Shown here piece by piece: positions 9,167 through 17,955 of a DNA stretch of 20,000 bases. The notes under the pieces are model-generated. The model did not search any database and was not told the origin of the DNA. It saw only the letters and a program-made list of their open reading frames with translations. The DNA lies in the IMG/VR virus record IMGVR_UViG_3300025659_000005, one strand, 5' to 3'. This DNA is from an uncultured virus (IMG/VR IMGVR_UViG_3300025659_000005). Taxonomy: Duplodnaviria > Heunggongvirae > Uroviricota > Caudoviricetes. Each line of letters begins with the position of its first letter. The first letter of the stretch is position 1. The position numbers and the translations under genes were made by a program.

Positions 9167-10142
9167 ACTTAGTCTCCCAATCTATTTTTACTACTGCTGG
9201 AAAATCGGCAACATCATTACCGATTAAAGGTTTAAACGCATTAATCCAGATCTTGCCGTTATAAATTTGTATTATTTTCTTTAACATCAATAAAATCTTT
9301 CTACTTTTATTATAATGATCACTATCGAAAATAATGTTAATTTCCAAATCATCAATTAAATAGTACATAATAATTAAACGTTCTAGGTTGTTGACATAAT
9401 TTTTACCATTAATACTGATAAAAATATTGTCTTTGAATAGGTCGTTATATAAATATAAACTGATTACATCAAATGGTCCTTCGCAGATAGTAATTTTGTT
9501 AATGTTGTTATGGATGTTTTGAAAATAGTATAAGTTGCTTGTGTTCGTATTAACTATGTATCTTTGATTATGTGATACATTGTTATCTGTGTGTCTTAAT
9601 AAAACGTTTTCCCCAATATGATTCGTGAATCTACACATCAATATACTATTCTTATATAGTGATGGAGATAGTAGAAATGTTGATGGATCTACGTCTGGTC
9701 CTAATCTCTTATTAATATAATTTCTATAATTAATGTAGTGATTATAATAATTCTTTTTGAAATTTAGAGTGTATTTTAATAATTCTTTCTTTAAGTGACT
9801 AAAACGTGGCGCGAGATTTGTTTGATTACGCAACCGAAAATAATCTTTAGTAAAGTTAATTTTGATAAAACTTGATATGTATTTTAGAACATCTTGATCA
9901 TCGAATCCAGTTTGTAGTAATAGACTTAACAAGGTACCACTACTATTACATCTAAAACAACTAAAAACTGGCATGGTTGTTGATATATACAAGTGTCCGT
10001 GATTTAAAGCTTTCTTTCTTAATGCATCATCACAGAACGGACAATGTATTATTATTTCTCCTTGAGGTATCACACGGAACATGTTCGGAGATATTTGTTT
10101 TAGATGTTCTAGCACCGGTGGAATTTGATTTACATCAAACAT
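9135..10142 (-). CDS. DNA primase (Zn finger + TOPRIM, DnaG/T4 gp61-like)
   Basis: CPFCDD...HLY...FSCFRC Zn finger; TOPRIM motifs ICEGPFD and IFDSD. Confidence 0.85.
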   Translation of the reverse strand: MFDVNQIPPVLEHLKQISPNMFRVIPQGEIIIHCPFCDDALRKKALNHGHLYISTTMPVFSCFRCNSSGTLLSLLLQTGFDDQDVLKYISSFIKINFTKDYFRLRNQTNLAPRFSHLKKELLKYTLNFKKNYYNHYINYRNYINKRLGPDVDPSTFLLSPSLYKNSILMCRFTNHIGENVLLRHTDNNVSHNQRYIVNTNTSNLYYFQNIHNNINKITICEGPFDVISLYLYNDLFKDNIFISINGKNYVNNLERLIIMYYLIDDLEINIIFDSDHYNKSRKILLMLKKIIQIYNGKIWINAFKPLIGNDVADFPAVVKIDWETKYESKEHHTRE

Positions 10143-10333
10143 TATTCCTCATAAAACTCGATACGGTTGATTGTTCGCCAATGTGTTTCGTTTGACCATA
10201 AATCATATTGTTTGGAATATTTATAACCATCTTGTCTACACCTTTTAACCGCAATTTTCTTTGTCTTAAAAACAGATAAGGGATAACCATCAGTATAATT
10301 TTTTGCTTGCACAATTAAATATACATTTTTCAT
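10142..10333 (-). CDS. Hypothetical protein
   Basis: 63 aa; overlaps both neighbours at stop/start. Confidence 0.65.
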   Translation of the reverse strand: MKNVYLIVQAKNYTDGYPLSVFKTKKIAVKRCRQDGYKYSKQYDLWSNETHWRTINRIEFYEE

Positions 10334-10644
10334 GAATCATCTATCTCCTTTTTAGTACTTATGAATACTGTAAATGTGATGATTTCATCACGTTTAATCA
10401 TGGTTTCCCCTGTGTCAAATTTCATTACAAAGAAATCTCCAGATCTTCCAAAGAACCACATATAAAATTTTATCCAAGGTTCTATTTTTATAGTACCTTC
10501 CCAAGGTTTAACAGTCCATGACATTTTATCACTTGATTTAGTTTGAATTATTAGATTGTTAGTTGATATTTCTTTATATTTAATTGGTTTAGGTAATTCT
10601 TTTTTAGATTCTTCTTTAATTATTTTTTTCTTTTTCCAGAACAT
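10330..10644 (-). CDS. Hypothetical protein
   Basis: 104 aa with AGGAG SD. Confidence 0.65.
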   Translation of the reverse strand: MFWKKKKIIKEESKKELPKPIKYKEISTNNLIIQTKSSDKMSWTVKPWEGTIKIEPWIKFYMWFFGRSGDFFVMKFDTGETMIKRDEIITFTVFISTKKEIDDS

Positions 10645-10663
10645 ATTTTTCTCCTAACGACTC

Positions 10664-10801
10664 CTACCTATTTCTTTTACGAGAAGATTTACTTATTTTT
10701 CGTTTCTTGATCTTTTTAAGTTTCTTTTTCTTAGCTTTAATATTTTCTGTTCGTATATCCATAAGTGATAGATCACAATGTAATGGTATAAGATTTTTCA
10801 T
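10664..10801 (-). CDS. Very basic small protein (45 aa, ...KAKKKKLKKIKKRKISKSSRKRNR), not in the ORF track
   Basis: Manually translated; fills the intergenic gap in the operon direction; GAGG upstream. Confidence 0.5.
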   Translation of the reverse strand: MKNLIPLHCDLSLMDIRTENIKAKKKKLKKIKKRKISKSSRKRNR

Positions 10802-10823
10802 AATTCTTTATTACCCTCAGTGT

Positions 10824-11006
10824 TTATTTACGACTATGTATTTTCTGCCGTTGCTTCCATTCTTCTTTACGCAACCGTTCAAGTAAGGCCCAACTATGCC
10901 GTTGTCTTCGGTCATCTTCTGATTCATCTTCACTAATCAATTCAGTGTATCCTTCTCCCATATCATCATCTGTTATATGCGTGTCTCTATAATTGCTGTC
11001 CATCAT
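10824..11006 (-). CDS. Hypothetical protein with acidic N-half and basic C-half
   Basis: 60 aa with strong GAGGAGG SD. Confidence 0.6.
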   Translation of the reverse strand: MMDSNYRDTHITDDDMGEGYTELISEDESEDDRRQRHSWALLERLRKEEWKQRQKIHSRK

Positions 11007-11084
11007 CCTTCCTCCTCGGTTTCGTGTTAAACCATATTGTAGATATTTTTATTCACAGTGTAAGATTTTTCATAATTCCTCTCC

Positions 11085-11621
11085 CTAACAACTACTATCA
11101 TCAATTTCAAATCTTTCACCACAAATTGGACAACGAATATCTAAATGCCACCAAGTATCATTATAACACTCCATTCCAGATCCATATCCTCCAGTACTGG
11201 CATAACAATAGGGATCTGTAATTATTTCATATGTTAGACAAGAACATTTTATCTCTTTTATATTTCTAAATTGAAAATTCCTTCTAATGAATTCATCCCA
11301 CACATTTTCAGCATGTGAGTATCCAAGAGAATAACATATATCTTCAGCATCAATACTATTCTCCATATAGTGACATCCTGGTTGATGTGCTTGAATATCT
11401 TGTTTCGGTACAGATTCATAATATGGTAAATAATTCCATCCACATTTAGGGCAATTAGTATCATTATTAAAATCTATCTGACTGTCACAAATTTTGCAAT
11501 AATAATAATCTTCTTGCCAGGAATATTCAGGAGATTTTTCTTGATCATGTGGAGTAAGAGCTTGACATTCGTCGCACCAGAAATATCCTTTAGGTATATT
11601 TATATATCCATCGCTAGACAT
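11085..11621 (-). CDS. Multi-CxxC zinc-ribbon protein
   Basis: CDEC, CKIC, CPKC, CSC and CPIC motifs; overlaps the ATPase stop. Confidence 0.7.
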   Translation of the reverse strand: MSSDGYINIPKGYFWCDECQALTPHDQEKSPEYSWQEDYYYCKICDSQIDFNNDTNCPKCGWNYLPYYESVPKQDIQAHQPGCHYMENSIDAEDICYSLGYSHAENVWDEFIRRNFQFRNIKEIKCSCLTYEIITDPYCYASTGGYGSGMECYNDTWWHLDIRCPICGERFEIDDSSC

Positions 11622-12189
11622 TATTCATTCCTCTTATACCAGAATAAATTTGTTTTGTAAATTCAACAACATCATTATAATATCCATCAGTTAATTCAAT
11701 TACGTTGAACATAGGATTTAATATTATAAATGGATGGTGTGTAATTATTGATATTTGTGATGCTTTTGATTTTTTCAAAGTAGATATTAATAATTTCAAT
11801 CCATTTATATCTAGAGCTTGTTCTGGTTCATCTAAGAAGAACATACTATCTTTAGCGTCATCTTGTGTCATACATTTGATAATAGCTTGATTTGATTGAC
11901 CGTGAGAAATAAACAAAGATGAAATTTGAGTCTTATTTGATATATAACCTTTTTTTCTTGGATTATCTTTTTCGAAATCAAATATATAATAATTACCATG
12001 AATTGAATCTACCTTACAAGTTTTTTTAATTTCTTTTGAAGGTGTTGTTAATAGATGAAATAATGATGATTTACCGCTACCATTTTCACCAATGATTACA
12101 TTAGGACCTGGTTTAAAAAATATTTCTTTCTTATTGATTCTATTTTTCATATCACCAGATACTTTAACACTGATCACTTGAGGTTTCAT
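11614..12189 (-). CDS. Stand-alone ABC-type ATPase
   Basis: Walker A GENGSGKS, signature-like SHGQ, Walker B FFLDEPE, H-loop IITHHP; no transmembrane partner adjacent. Confidence 0.85.
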   Translation of the reverse strand: MKPQVISVKVSGDMKNRINKKEIFFKPGPNVIIGENGSGKSSLFHLLTTPSKEIKKTCKVDSIHGNYYIFDFEKDNPRKKGYISNKTQISSLFISHGQSNQAIIKCMTQDDAKDSMFFLDEPEQALDINGLKLLISTLKKSKASQISIITHHPFIILNPMFNVIELTDGYYNDVVEFTKQIYSGIRGMNNV

Positions 12190-12246
12190 AATTAACCTTT
12201 ATGTTGTTGATTATATATTGTTGGTGTTTTATCTTGTTTAATCATT

Positions 12247-12804
12247 TTAATCACCTTTTACAAATTCTCTTATTTTATCAACTCTTTCTTTTATTGCTAA
12301 ATCACCTTCGTATGTAAGAGTTGTATAAAAAGTGGGATCTAAATTTCTAGGTACAATTTTAGTCCATTCAGGCATAAGAGATAATAGAAATCGAAAATCA
12401 CTAATTGCTTTTTCTTTACGAATCCATCCAAATTTTTCCATTTCTTCTTGATTCAGTGTTGATATTTCTTGATTTGGATTAAGAATAAAGAAGAAGATTT
12501 TCTTTCTTAATTCTTTTAAAATCATTCTTAATTTTTTAGATATTTGATCTTTAAATTTATAGGTTTCACTATCAACCTTTAAAATAATAATAGTACCATC
12601 TTCTATATCTAGTTTCTCAAGATCTATAATATCATCTTTTAAAGAACCTTCAACATTTATCTGAGGTTTCATTTTGATATAATTATTAATAGTTTTTATT
12701 GTACAATATTCAATAGATTCTTTCTGTTGTTTAGGTGTACCACACTGAAGCATCACATTTGCTATTTGATCTTTAGTTTTACCATCTAATTTTATCGTTT
12801 TCAT
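12247..12804 (-). CDS. Hypothetical protein
   Basis: 185-aa ORF with ATGA overlap. Confidence 0.65.
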   Translation of the reverse strand: MKTIKLDGKTKDQIANVMLQCGTPKQQKESIEYCTIKTINNYIKMKPQINVEGSLKDDIIDLEKLDIEDGTIIILKVDSETYKFKDQISKKLRMILKELRKKIFFFILNPNQEISTLNQEEMEKFGWIRKEKAISDFRFLLSLMPEWTKIVPRNLDPTFYTTLTYEGDLAIKERVDKIREFVKGD

Positions 12805-12998
12805 GACATTACTTTAGGTTGTGGTACATGAATAGACGGCGAGTTATCTTTCTTGAGCATTTTACTGAGTGATACTTTAGACATTTCAATATCTTCTGAT
12901 ATGTTCTTTAAAGGTTTTAGTAAAGATATCAAAATGCTTAATTTATTATTTATTCCTTCAAGCTCTCTTTCAATTCCGTTATATTGAGTTTGTTCCAT
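12801..12998 (-). CDS. Hypothetical protein
   Basis: 65 aa with GGAGG SD. Confidence 0.6.
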   Translation of the reverse strand: MEQTQYNGIERELEGINNKLSILISLLKPLKNISEDIEMSKVSLSKMLKKDNSPSIHVPQPKVMS

Positions 12999-13024
12999 TA
13001 TTTATTCCTCCTGTAAGGTTAATT

Positions 13025-13351
13025 TTAAAAATCAATAGTTTCATTAACATCAATATAGTTTTTCTCCATTATTCTTGAATATTCTGTTTTCTTTTCAAAT
13101 ATTATTTTATAAAAACAATCTATATGAGAACTATCAACTATATTTGTTCTTCTTAATAGATAAAGAGCTATTTGTAGGGAAAGAATCTCTTGAACTAAAT
13201 GAAATTCGTCATTATCAAATTTCACAATTTCTTGATATTCTAACCACTGTTTGTAATTAGTAATAAAATTATGTGGTAATCTTTCTTCCATTTTTAATTC
13301 TCCTAAAATAAAACTGATTTTTTCAAACATTTCATGATTTTTCTTCTTCAA
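13025..13351 (-). CDS. Hypothetical protein (true start may be the ATG at 13335 or 13330 region)
   Basis: ORF in the operon direction; start uncertain. Confidence 0.5.
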   Translation of the reverse strand: MKKKNHEMFEKISFILGELKMEERLPHNFITNYKQWLEYQEIVKFDNDEFHLVQEILSLQIALYLLRRTNIVDSSHIDCFYKIIFEKKTEYSRIMEKNYIDVNETIDF

Positions 13352-13595
13352 ATTTATCAGCCCAATCTAAAGATTCATTCAAATAACTTCTAAGAAGTAA
13401 ATATATAGGATTTATTCCTTTAGTATCAAACCCAACAGATACAAATGTAGCTGCCTTGTCTGATGCTTCTCTTAATGTTAGTTTATAACATTTACTAAAA
13501 TCATAACCAGGTCCTTTAGATTGCGCTAGTTTATGATCAAAAGAGTCTTCTCTTAATTTTACTGCCAATTTTATTGCACTGGCTAATTTTTCCAT
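13332..13595 (-). CDS. Hypothetical protein
   Basis: 87 aa with AAGGAG SD. Confidence 0.65.
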   Translation of the reverse strand: MEKLASAIKLAVKLREDSFDHKLAQSKGPGYDFSKCYKLTLREASDKAATFVSVGFDTKGINPIYLLLRSYLNESLDWADKFEEEKS

Positions 13596-13604
13596 TATTT
13601 CTCC

Positions 13605-14009
13605 TTATTTTTTAACTAGAGTAAATGGATTCTTTTTAACAGTTTTAGCTTTAGGTTTTTCTTTTAAAGGTATTTTCTCTTGATGTAATTTATCAGTATC
13701 AAGAGCAGCAAAAAATCTATCTTCACCATTAACAGTGAATGTTTCTTGACCAGTCATTTGTTCTGTTCTCATGATTAATGTAGTAGTAAGTAAAGGTACA
13801 GATAGTATTGTAAATGTTACATGCCACCAAGTACCAGTCTTTACAGCTTGATCTCTTATTATTTCATGAACAAAACCATACAATATCATATCCGGCATTG
13901 CAAGAATTATTAAATCTTTTTCATTTGTATCATCTTTAATATACATGTTCTTTTTGAGAATATTCATATTTTTTTCAAAATCCATATCATTCTCCTTGTG
14001 CATATCCAA
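13605..14009 (-). CDS. Hypothetical protein (likely start MDFEK at 13985)
   Basis: AAGGAG precedes the internal ATG; globular-looking core GFVHEI...WWHVTF. Confidence 0.7.
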   Translation of the reverse strand: MDMHKENDMDFEKNMNILKKNMYIKDDTNEKDLIILAMPDMILYGFVHEIIRDQAVKTGTWWHVTFTILSVPLLTTTLIMRTEQMTGQETFTVNGEDRFFAALDTDKLHQEKIPLKEKPKAKTVKKNPFTLVKK

Positions 14010-14325
14010 TTATTCGCGAAGCTTTTTCTATAAGACTCATATTTCCTTCACACATAATAAATAATTCTTTATAAATCTTTTTTCTTTTCTTAGACAATCT
14101 TATTATTTTTTCTTTAAGTTCACTAACTTTACCATCACGTATTTCTTTTTCTTTTGAAGTAGCTGTAATTATATGAACATAAAATTTTTCATTACAGAAC
14201 CTACAGTACTTTTCTCTGGTTGCCAATTCACTAGCGAATCCTGATATTTGTACACATCCTACTTTACCACAATTAGGGCACTTAACATTCGGAGTCATTT
14301 GATTAATCTCCTCTCCTAAATACAA
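13987..14325 (-). CDS. Zn-ribbon plus coiled-coil hypothetical protein (likely start MTPNVK at 14298)
   Basis: CPNC and CRFC motifs; AGGAGAGGAG SD before the internal ATG. Confidence 0.65.
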   Translation of the reverse strand: MYLGEEINQMTPNVKCPNCGKVGCVQISGFASELATREKYCRFCNEKFYVHIITATSKEKEIRDGKVSELKEKIIRLSKKRKKIYKELFIMCEGNMSLIEKASRIIGYAQGE

Positions 14326-14525
14326 ATGGAATTAGAAGAATCATTAAAATCACACAATTCGATTTGTTCATTTTGTGTGAATTCAAGATATGCTTCATCA
14401 TTTTCACATTCATTAGTTATTGATGTTAAATCTTTTAAAATACCTCTGATTTCATATATTTTCATTTTTATACTAGTTTCAGCATCTTTAAATAAAACAG
14501 TTTCCTTAAGTTTTTCGAATTGCAT
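14316..14525 (-). CDS. Hypothetical protein, probable paralog of 14655-14825
   Basis: 69 aa, GGAGG SD, first gene after motif copy 3. Confidence 0.7.
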   Translation of the reverse strand: MQFEKLKETVLFKDAETSIKMKIYEIRGILKDLTSITNECENDEAYLEFTQNEQIELCDFNDSSNSICI

Positions 14526-14582
14526 TTGTTTTTCCTCCTAGATCGCGCCCTACGTTTTAGAAATATAAAAAAGACTTTACTA

Positions 14583-14596
14583 TATTATTTCTATAT
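14583..14596 (-). promoter_or_regulatory. Conserved 14-bp motif, copy 3
   Basis: tattatttctatat, 57 nt from ATG 14525. Confidence 0.7.
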
Positions 14597-14614
14597 ATAA
14601 AACGAAAAAATATG

Positions 14615-14644
14615 AATTACCCCCAAAATATAATGGGAGTAATT
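14615..14644 (-). terminator. Terminator-like hairpin
   Basis: Minus strand AAUUACUCCCA-8 nt loop-UGGGGGUAAUU (one U-G) followed by CAUAUUUUUU. Confidence 0.65.
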
Positions 14645-14654
14645 TTAAGATTTA

Positions 14655-14825
14655 TCAATCCCTCAAATGAATATCTCCAAAGTCATCAACTTCAAGAAAC
14701 TGTTCATGTTTACACTCATCAGTTATTGATTCTAATTCAATTAATATATTTTGAATGTCTTTTCTATCTTTAATACCAAAATCATCATTAAAAACAATAA
14801 TTTTTTTTAAATCTTTAAATTTCAT
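14655..14825 (-). CDS. Small hypothetical protein (56 aa, MKFKDLKKIIVFNDD...), not in the ORF track
   Basis: Manually translated; TAATG coupling to the upstream ORF; similar to 14316-14525. Confidence 0.7.
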   Translation of the reverse strand: MKFKDLKKIIVFNDDFGIKDRKDIQNILIELESITDECKHEQFLEVDDFGDIHLRD

Positions 14826-15025
14826 TACTTTATCTCTCGTAATTCAATCCAAAGTTTCCCGTCAAAATCGTAAGTCAATTGACCAACTTCTAAAAAGTTT
14901 CCATTTTTTGATTTCACTAAAGTTCCTATTTTTGGTACATTTACAAAAACTTCAGGCCACTCTAATAATTCATATTCTTCTATATTTGTAAAACATGATG
15001 CAGTTATCATAATTTTTGTCTCCAT
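14825..15025 (-). CDS. Hypothetical protein
   Basis: 66-aa ORF directly after the terminator at 15037-15070. Confidence 0.6.
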   Translation of the reverse strand: METKIMITASCFTNIEEYELLEWPEVFVNVPKIGTLVKSKNGNFLEVGQLTYDFDGKLWIELREIK

Positions 15026-15036
15026 TAATTGTTAAA

Positions 15037-15070
15037 AACTCCCAGAAGATCTAATGACCTTCCGGGAGTT
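15037..15070 (-). terminator. Intrinsic terminator after queD
   Basis: Minus strand AACUCCCGGAAGGUC-AUUA-GAUCUUCUGGGAGUU-UUU (15 bp, two G-U pairs). Confidence 0.8.
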
Positions 15071-15077
15071 AATATTA

Positions 15078-15512
15078 CTAGTTTTTAATGTATGTATAAG
15101 ACCCACTATTATTTTCAGTCTCAAACATCTTTATACGAATTTTATAAAAATTATCAAATTTTATATCTTTAAAAAATTCTAATAATAGATCTAGAAAGTG
15201 TTTACACATGTTCTCGACAGTTGTGTTAGTATATTCTTTTGGCATAATATATACTTTAGAACAATTAACATCAATAACAGTATCTCTAGTAATGATTACA
15301 GAGTGATCAATAAATGAATCAATTAATTCTTTTTGAAATGTTTTTAATTCTCCAAAATCAATTATGAAACCATTTCGATCTAATTCTTCACTAGAAATTT
15401 TAACATATAATTTATATGAATGACCATGTATAGTTGAGCATGGATGGTTTTCTCCTAATCCTTTTAATACATGTGCTGCTTCAAATGTAAATTTCTTTTC
15501 AATTTCGTACAA
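15078..15512 (-). CDS. queD: 6-carboxy-5,6,7,8-tetrahydropterin synthase
   Basis: FEAAHxL, CxxIHGHSY, IDFG, DH, TxEN and ET motifs; adjacent to queC; TTG start. Confidence 0.92.
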   Translation of the reverse strand: MYEIEKKFTFEAAHVLKGLGENHPCSTIHGHSYKLYVKISSEELDRNGFIIDFGELKTFQKELIDSFIDHSVIITRDTVIDVNCSKVYIMPKEYTNTTVENMCKHFLDLLLEFFKDIKFDNFYKIRIKMFETENNSGSYTYIKN

Positions 15513-15527
15513 TTTATACTCCTGTTT

Positions 15528-16199
15528 TTATTCATATTCAATTGGATCTTTAACATTATTTAATTTAAATGCTTCAAGACGCTCAACACATGATCCACAA
15601 ACACCACAAGATCTTTCTTGATCTTTGTAACATGTACGTGTAAGATGATATGGAACTTCCAAATCAAGACCTTCTTGAACAATCTCAATTTTATCCATAT
15701 CAATTAATGGTGTGTAAACTTCAACACTTTTATCAGTTGACAAGTAGATACAAGAATCTAGTGCTTTTACAAATTCCTTACGACAATCTGGATAGATCTC
15801 ATGATCTCCCTTATGAACACCTAATGCAATTCTATTAAATCCAATACTTTCAGCATAACCGGCTAAAATACTAGCAAACATTAAATTTCTACCAGGTACT
15901 ACTGTTTGTGACATTGTTGCATCATTATAATGTCCTTCAGGTATTTCACCACCAGACAATAGTAAATTAGATTTAAGTAATTTTCCAACATTTCTTAAAT
16001 CTATTAAACTGTATTCTACATCATAATGTTTAGCAATTTTTTTTGCACTTTCAATTTCATATTTATTATGTTTAGATCCATATTCAAATCCGACACATCT
16101 AATACTGTCTGATTGATGAAATGATTGATCGAATAAAATGGCTAAAAGTGTAGTACTATCTAATCCTCCCGATAAAGCTACTACAAAACTATCTGACAT
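15528..16199 (-). CDS. queC: 7-cyano-7-deazaguanine (preQ0) synthase
   Basis: SGGLDS PP-loop, VPGRN, YPDCR and TRTCY...CGVCGSC Zn site. Confidence 0.95.
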   Translation of the reverse strand: MSDSFVVALSGGLDSTTLLAILFDQSFHQSDSIRCVGFEYGSKHNKYEIESAKKIAKHYDVEYSLIDLRNVGKLLKSNLLLSGGEIPEGHYNDATMSQTVVPGRNLMFASILAGYAESIGFNRIALGVHKGDHEIYPDCRKEFVKALDSCIYLSTDKSVEVYTPLIDMDKIEIVQEGLDLEVPYHLTRTCYKDQERSCGVCGSCVERLEAFKLNNVKDPIEYE

Positions 16200-16522
16200 T
16201 AGTAATTAACCTCGACTCTTGATAGAGTGTTTTGTATTTCATAAAGATTTTTTTCGATTTTACTAACTAGGGAATATATATCTTGAAAAAGAGGCGGAAA
16301 TTCAGATGTGTTTATACCTTTAAGTTCTTCTTCAATAACTGTTTGACTAATAACTGGAGTTAATCTTTTTAGAGTATATTCCGCAGTACTAGAACTTAAA
16401 TCAACAATGTTTGTTAGAAAATCTAATGTTTTCTCTGCTGACGATTTTAATTGATCTTTATTTTTTACCAGATCTGTATTACTTTTACTTTCTTTTTTAG
16501 CTGTCATCGTTTGTGCCTCCAC
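16199..16522 (-). CDS. Hypothetical protein (likely start MTAKK at 16507)
   Basis: GGAGG SD before the internal ATG; coupled to the queC start. Confidence 0.65.
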   Translation of the reverse strand: MEAQTMTAKKESKSNTDLVKNKDQLKSSAEKTLDFLTNIVDLSSSTAEYTLKRLTPVISQTVIEEELKGINTSEFPPLFQDIYSLVSKIEKNLYEIQNTLSRVEVNY

Positions 16523-16527
16523 AAAGA

Positions 16528-16944
16528 TTATTTAAATGTACCAACTGGCATACTCAAGTTATTGCTCTTTTTTTCTTTAACAGGTTTTTCTCTTTTTGTA
16601 CCTTTTGTCATTGCAGCTTTACGAATTTGAAGGTAAGTAACTTCAGACTCTTGTATAACATGACTATACATCTCGTCAGATAATACTTCTGCTAAAGCTG
16701 TATGATCAACTTTCTTACTTTTACGATCAACATATTTTGCTTCGTAAGTTTTATCAATAGCAGAAATGTATACTTTTATTGAGTTTTGTTTGATATCATG
16801 TAATGTTTCATCAACTTCATTTGATATTTCTTTACATAAATTTTTAAAATGATTTTCTTGAGATTTATACTCAACATATTTTCCAATAAGTTCTTCAAGA
16901 TACTTATCCACTTCTACTTTTTGCTCTTGTGTTAATTCGCCCAT
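16528..16944 (-). CDS. Hypothetical protein with N-terminal coiled coil
   Basis: 138 aa with GGAG SD. Confidence 0.7.
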   Translation of the reverse strand: MGELTQEQKVEVDKYLEELIGKYVEYKSQENHFKNLCKEISNEVDETLHDIKQNSIKVYISAIDKTYEAKYVDRKSKKVDHTALAEVLSDEMYSHVIQESEVTYLQIRKAAMTKGTKREKPVKEKKSNNLSMPVGTFK

Positions 16945-16989
16945 TATATTCTCCGTCTACTTAGTTATTAAGAACTTATGGAAACGATT

Positions 16990-17112
16990 TTAATATCGGG
17001 ATTCTCTTTTGTTGTCTCCTCGACTGGTTATTGCTAGTATAGCAATAATAAATACTATGCCGATTACTATGAATTCAACAATGCCACCGATAAAATTTAA
17101 AAACATTTCCAT
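16990..17112 (-). CDS. Small single-pass membrane peptide (40 aa, MEMFLNFIGGIVEFIVIGIVFIIAILAITSRG...)
   Basis: Manually translated; GGAG SD; hydrophobic stretch followed by a charged tail. Confidence 0.6.
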   Translation of the reverse strand: MEMFLNFIGGIVEFIVIGIVFIIAILAITSRGDNKRESRY

Positions 17113-17130
17113 ACGCACACTCCAAATCTA

Positions 17131-17241
17131 TTATCTATTCCTTCGGTTAAATACCATAGCTATTAGTGTAACCACACCAATAAGTATTGTGAACTCAAAT
17201 AATTTAACTGCAAAACCCCATATACTTTCTAAAAATTCCAC
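17131..17241 (-). CDS. Small single-pass membrane peptide (36 aa, GTG start, EFLESIWGFAVKLFEFTILIGVVTLIAMVFNRRNR)
   Basis: Manually translated; AGGAGG SD; hydrophobic stretch with a basic tail. Confidence 0.55.
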   Translation of the reverse strand: MEFLESIWGFAVKLFEFTILIGVVTLIAMVFNRRNR

Positions 17242-17271
17242 ATTTACTTTAGCCTCCTATACTAGATCTAC

Positions 17272-17925
17272 TTAATTAACACTAACTGGTGAAAGAGTTC
17301 TCCATAGTATTTGTGCAAAATATTTACTTAATATTGGTCTTAAATAGTTTTCTGTAAACATCTCACAATCACTGAAATCAATTAATTCTAAATAATTACC
17401 AAATCTACTAACTAGTTCTTTGTATGGTTCATCATCAGTAAGCTCTGCAAATTTTTGTAATTTTAATAATATATTGATTGCTGCTGATAGATTATTCATT
17501 ATGTGTTTTTTGATATAATTTCGATCATTTTTATTATGAAAAAGTAACCGATCAAAACCTTCTATTGATTGTATATTAGTCTGTTCTAATATTCTAGGAA
17601 TGATAACATTAAATCCATCAACACAAAGAAATTGATATAATAGATTTGCTGTTTGAGATAATTCTTCATCATTCATTATATAATCTTTATTTGGGATAAC
17701 TAAATAATTGTTTTTGGTGTAATCAATAATATCATGATAAATCTTATTTTTGATTTCACCTTCTTCGATATCTTTAAGTAAATTTACACCTAAATTATCC
17801 AGATCTTGCAGCTGTTTTAAAATAATATCGTGAATTTGAGAATATTCTTCCATGTTTAAAAACTCAGAACCTATTGGAGGATATACCAAATTGTCAACAT
17901 GATCAACTGTTAATATATTTAACAT
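17272..17925 (-). CDS. Hypothetical protein
   Basis: 217 aa with AGGAG SD. Confidence 0.75.
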   Translation of the reverse strand: MLNILTVDHVDNLVYPPIGSEFLNMEEYSQIHDIILKQLQDLDNLGVNLLKDIEEGEIKNKIYHDIIDYTKNNYLVIPNKDYIMNDEELSQTANLLYQFLCVDGFNVIIPRILEQTNIQSIEGFDRLLFHNKNDRNYIKKHIMNNLSAAINILLKLQKFAELTDDEPYKELVSRFGNYLELIDFSDCEMFTENYLRPILSKYFAQILWRTLSPVSVN

Positions 17926-17955
17926 ACATTACTCCTATATTAATTTTTAAATAAA

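Noticed and set aside
11258..11464. Nested minus-strand 68-aa ORF
   Set aside because: Lies wholly inside the Zn-ribbon gene in another frame with no independent support
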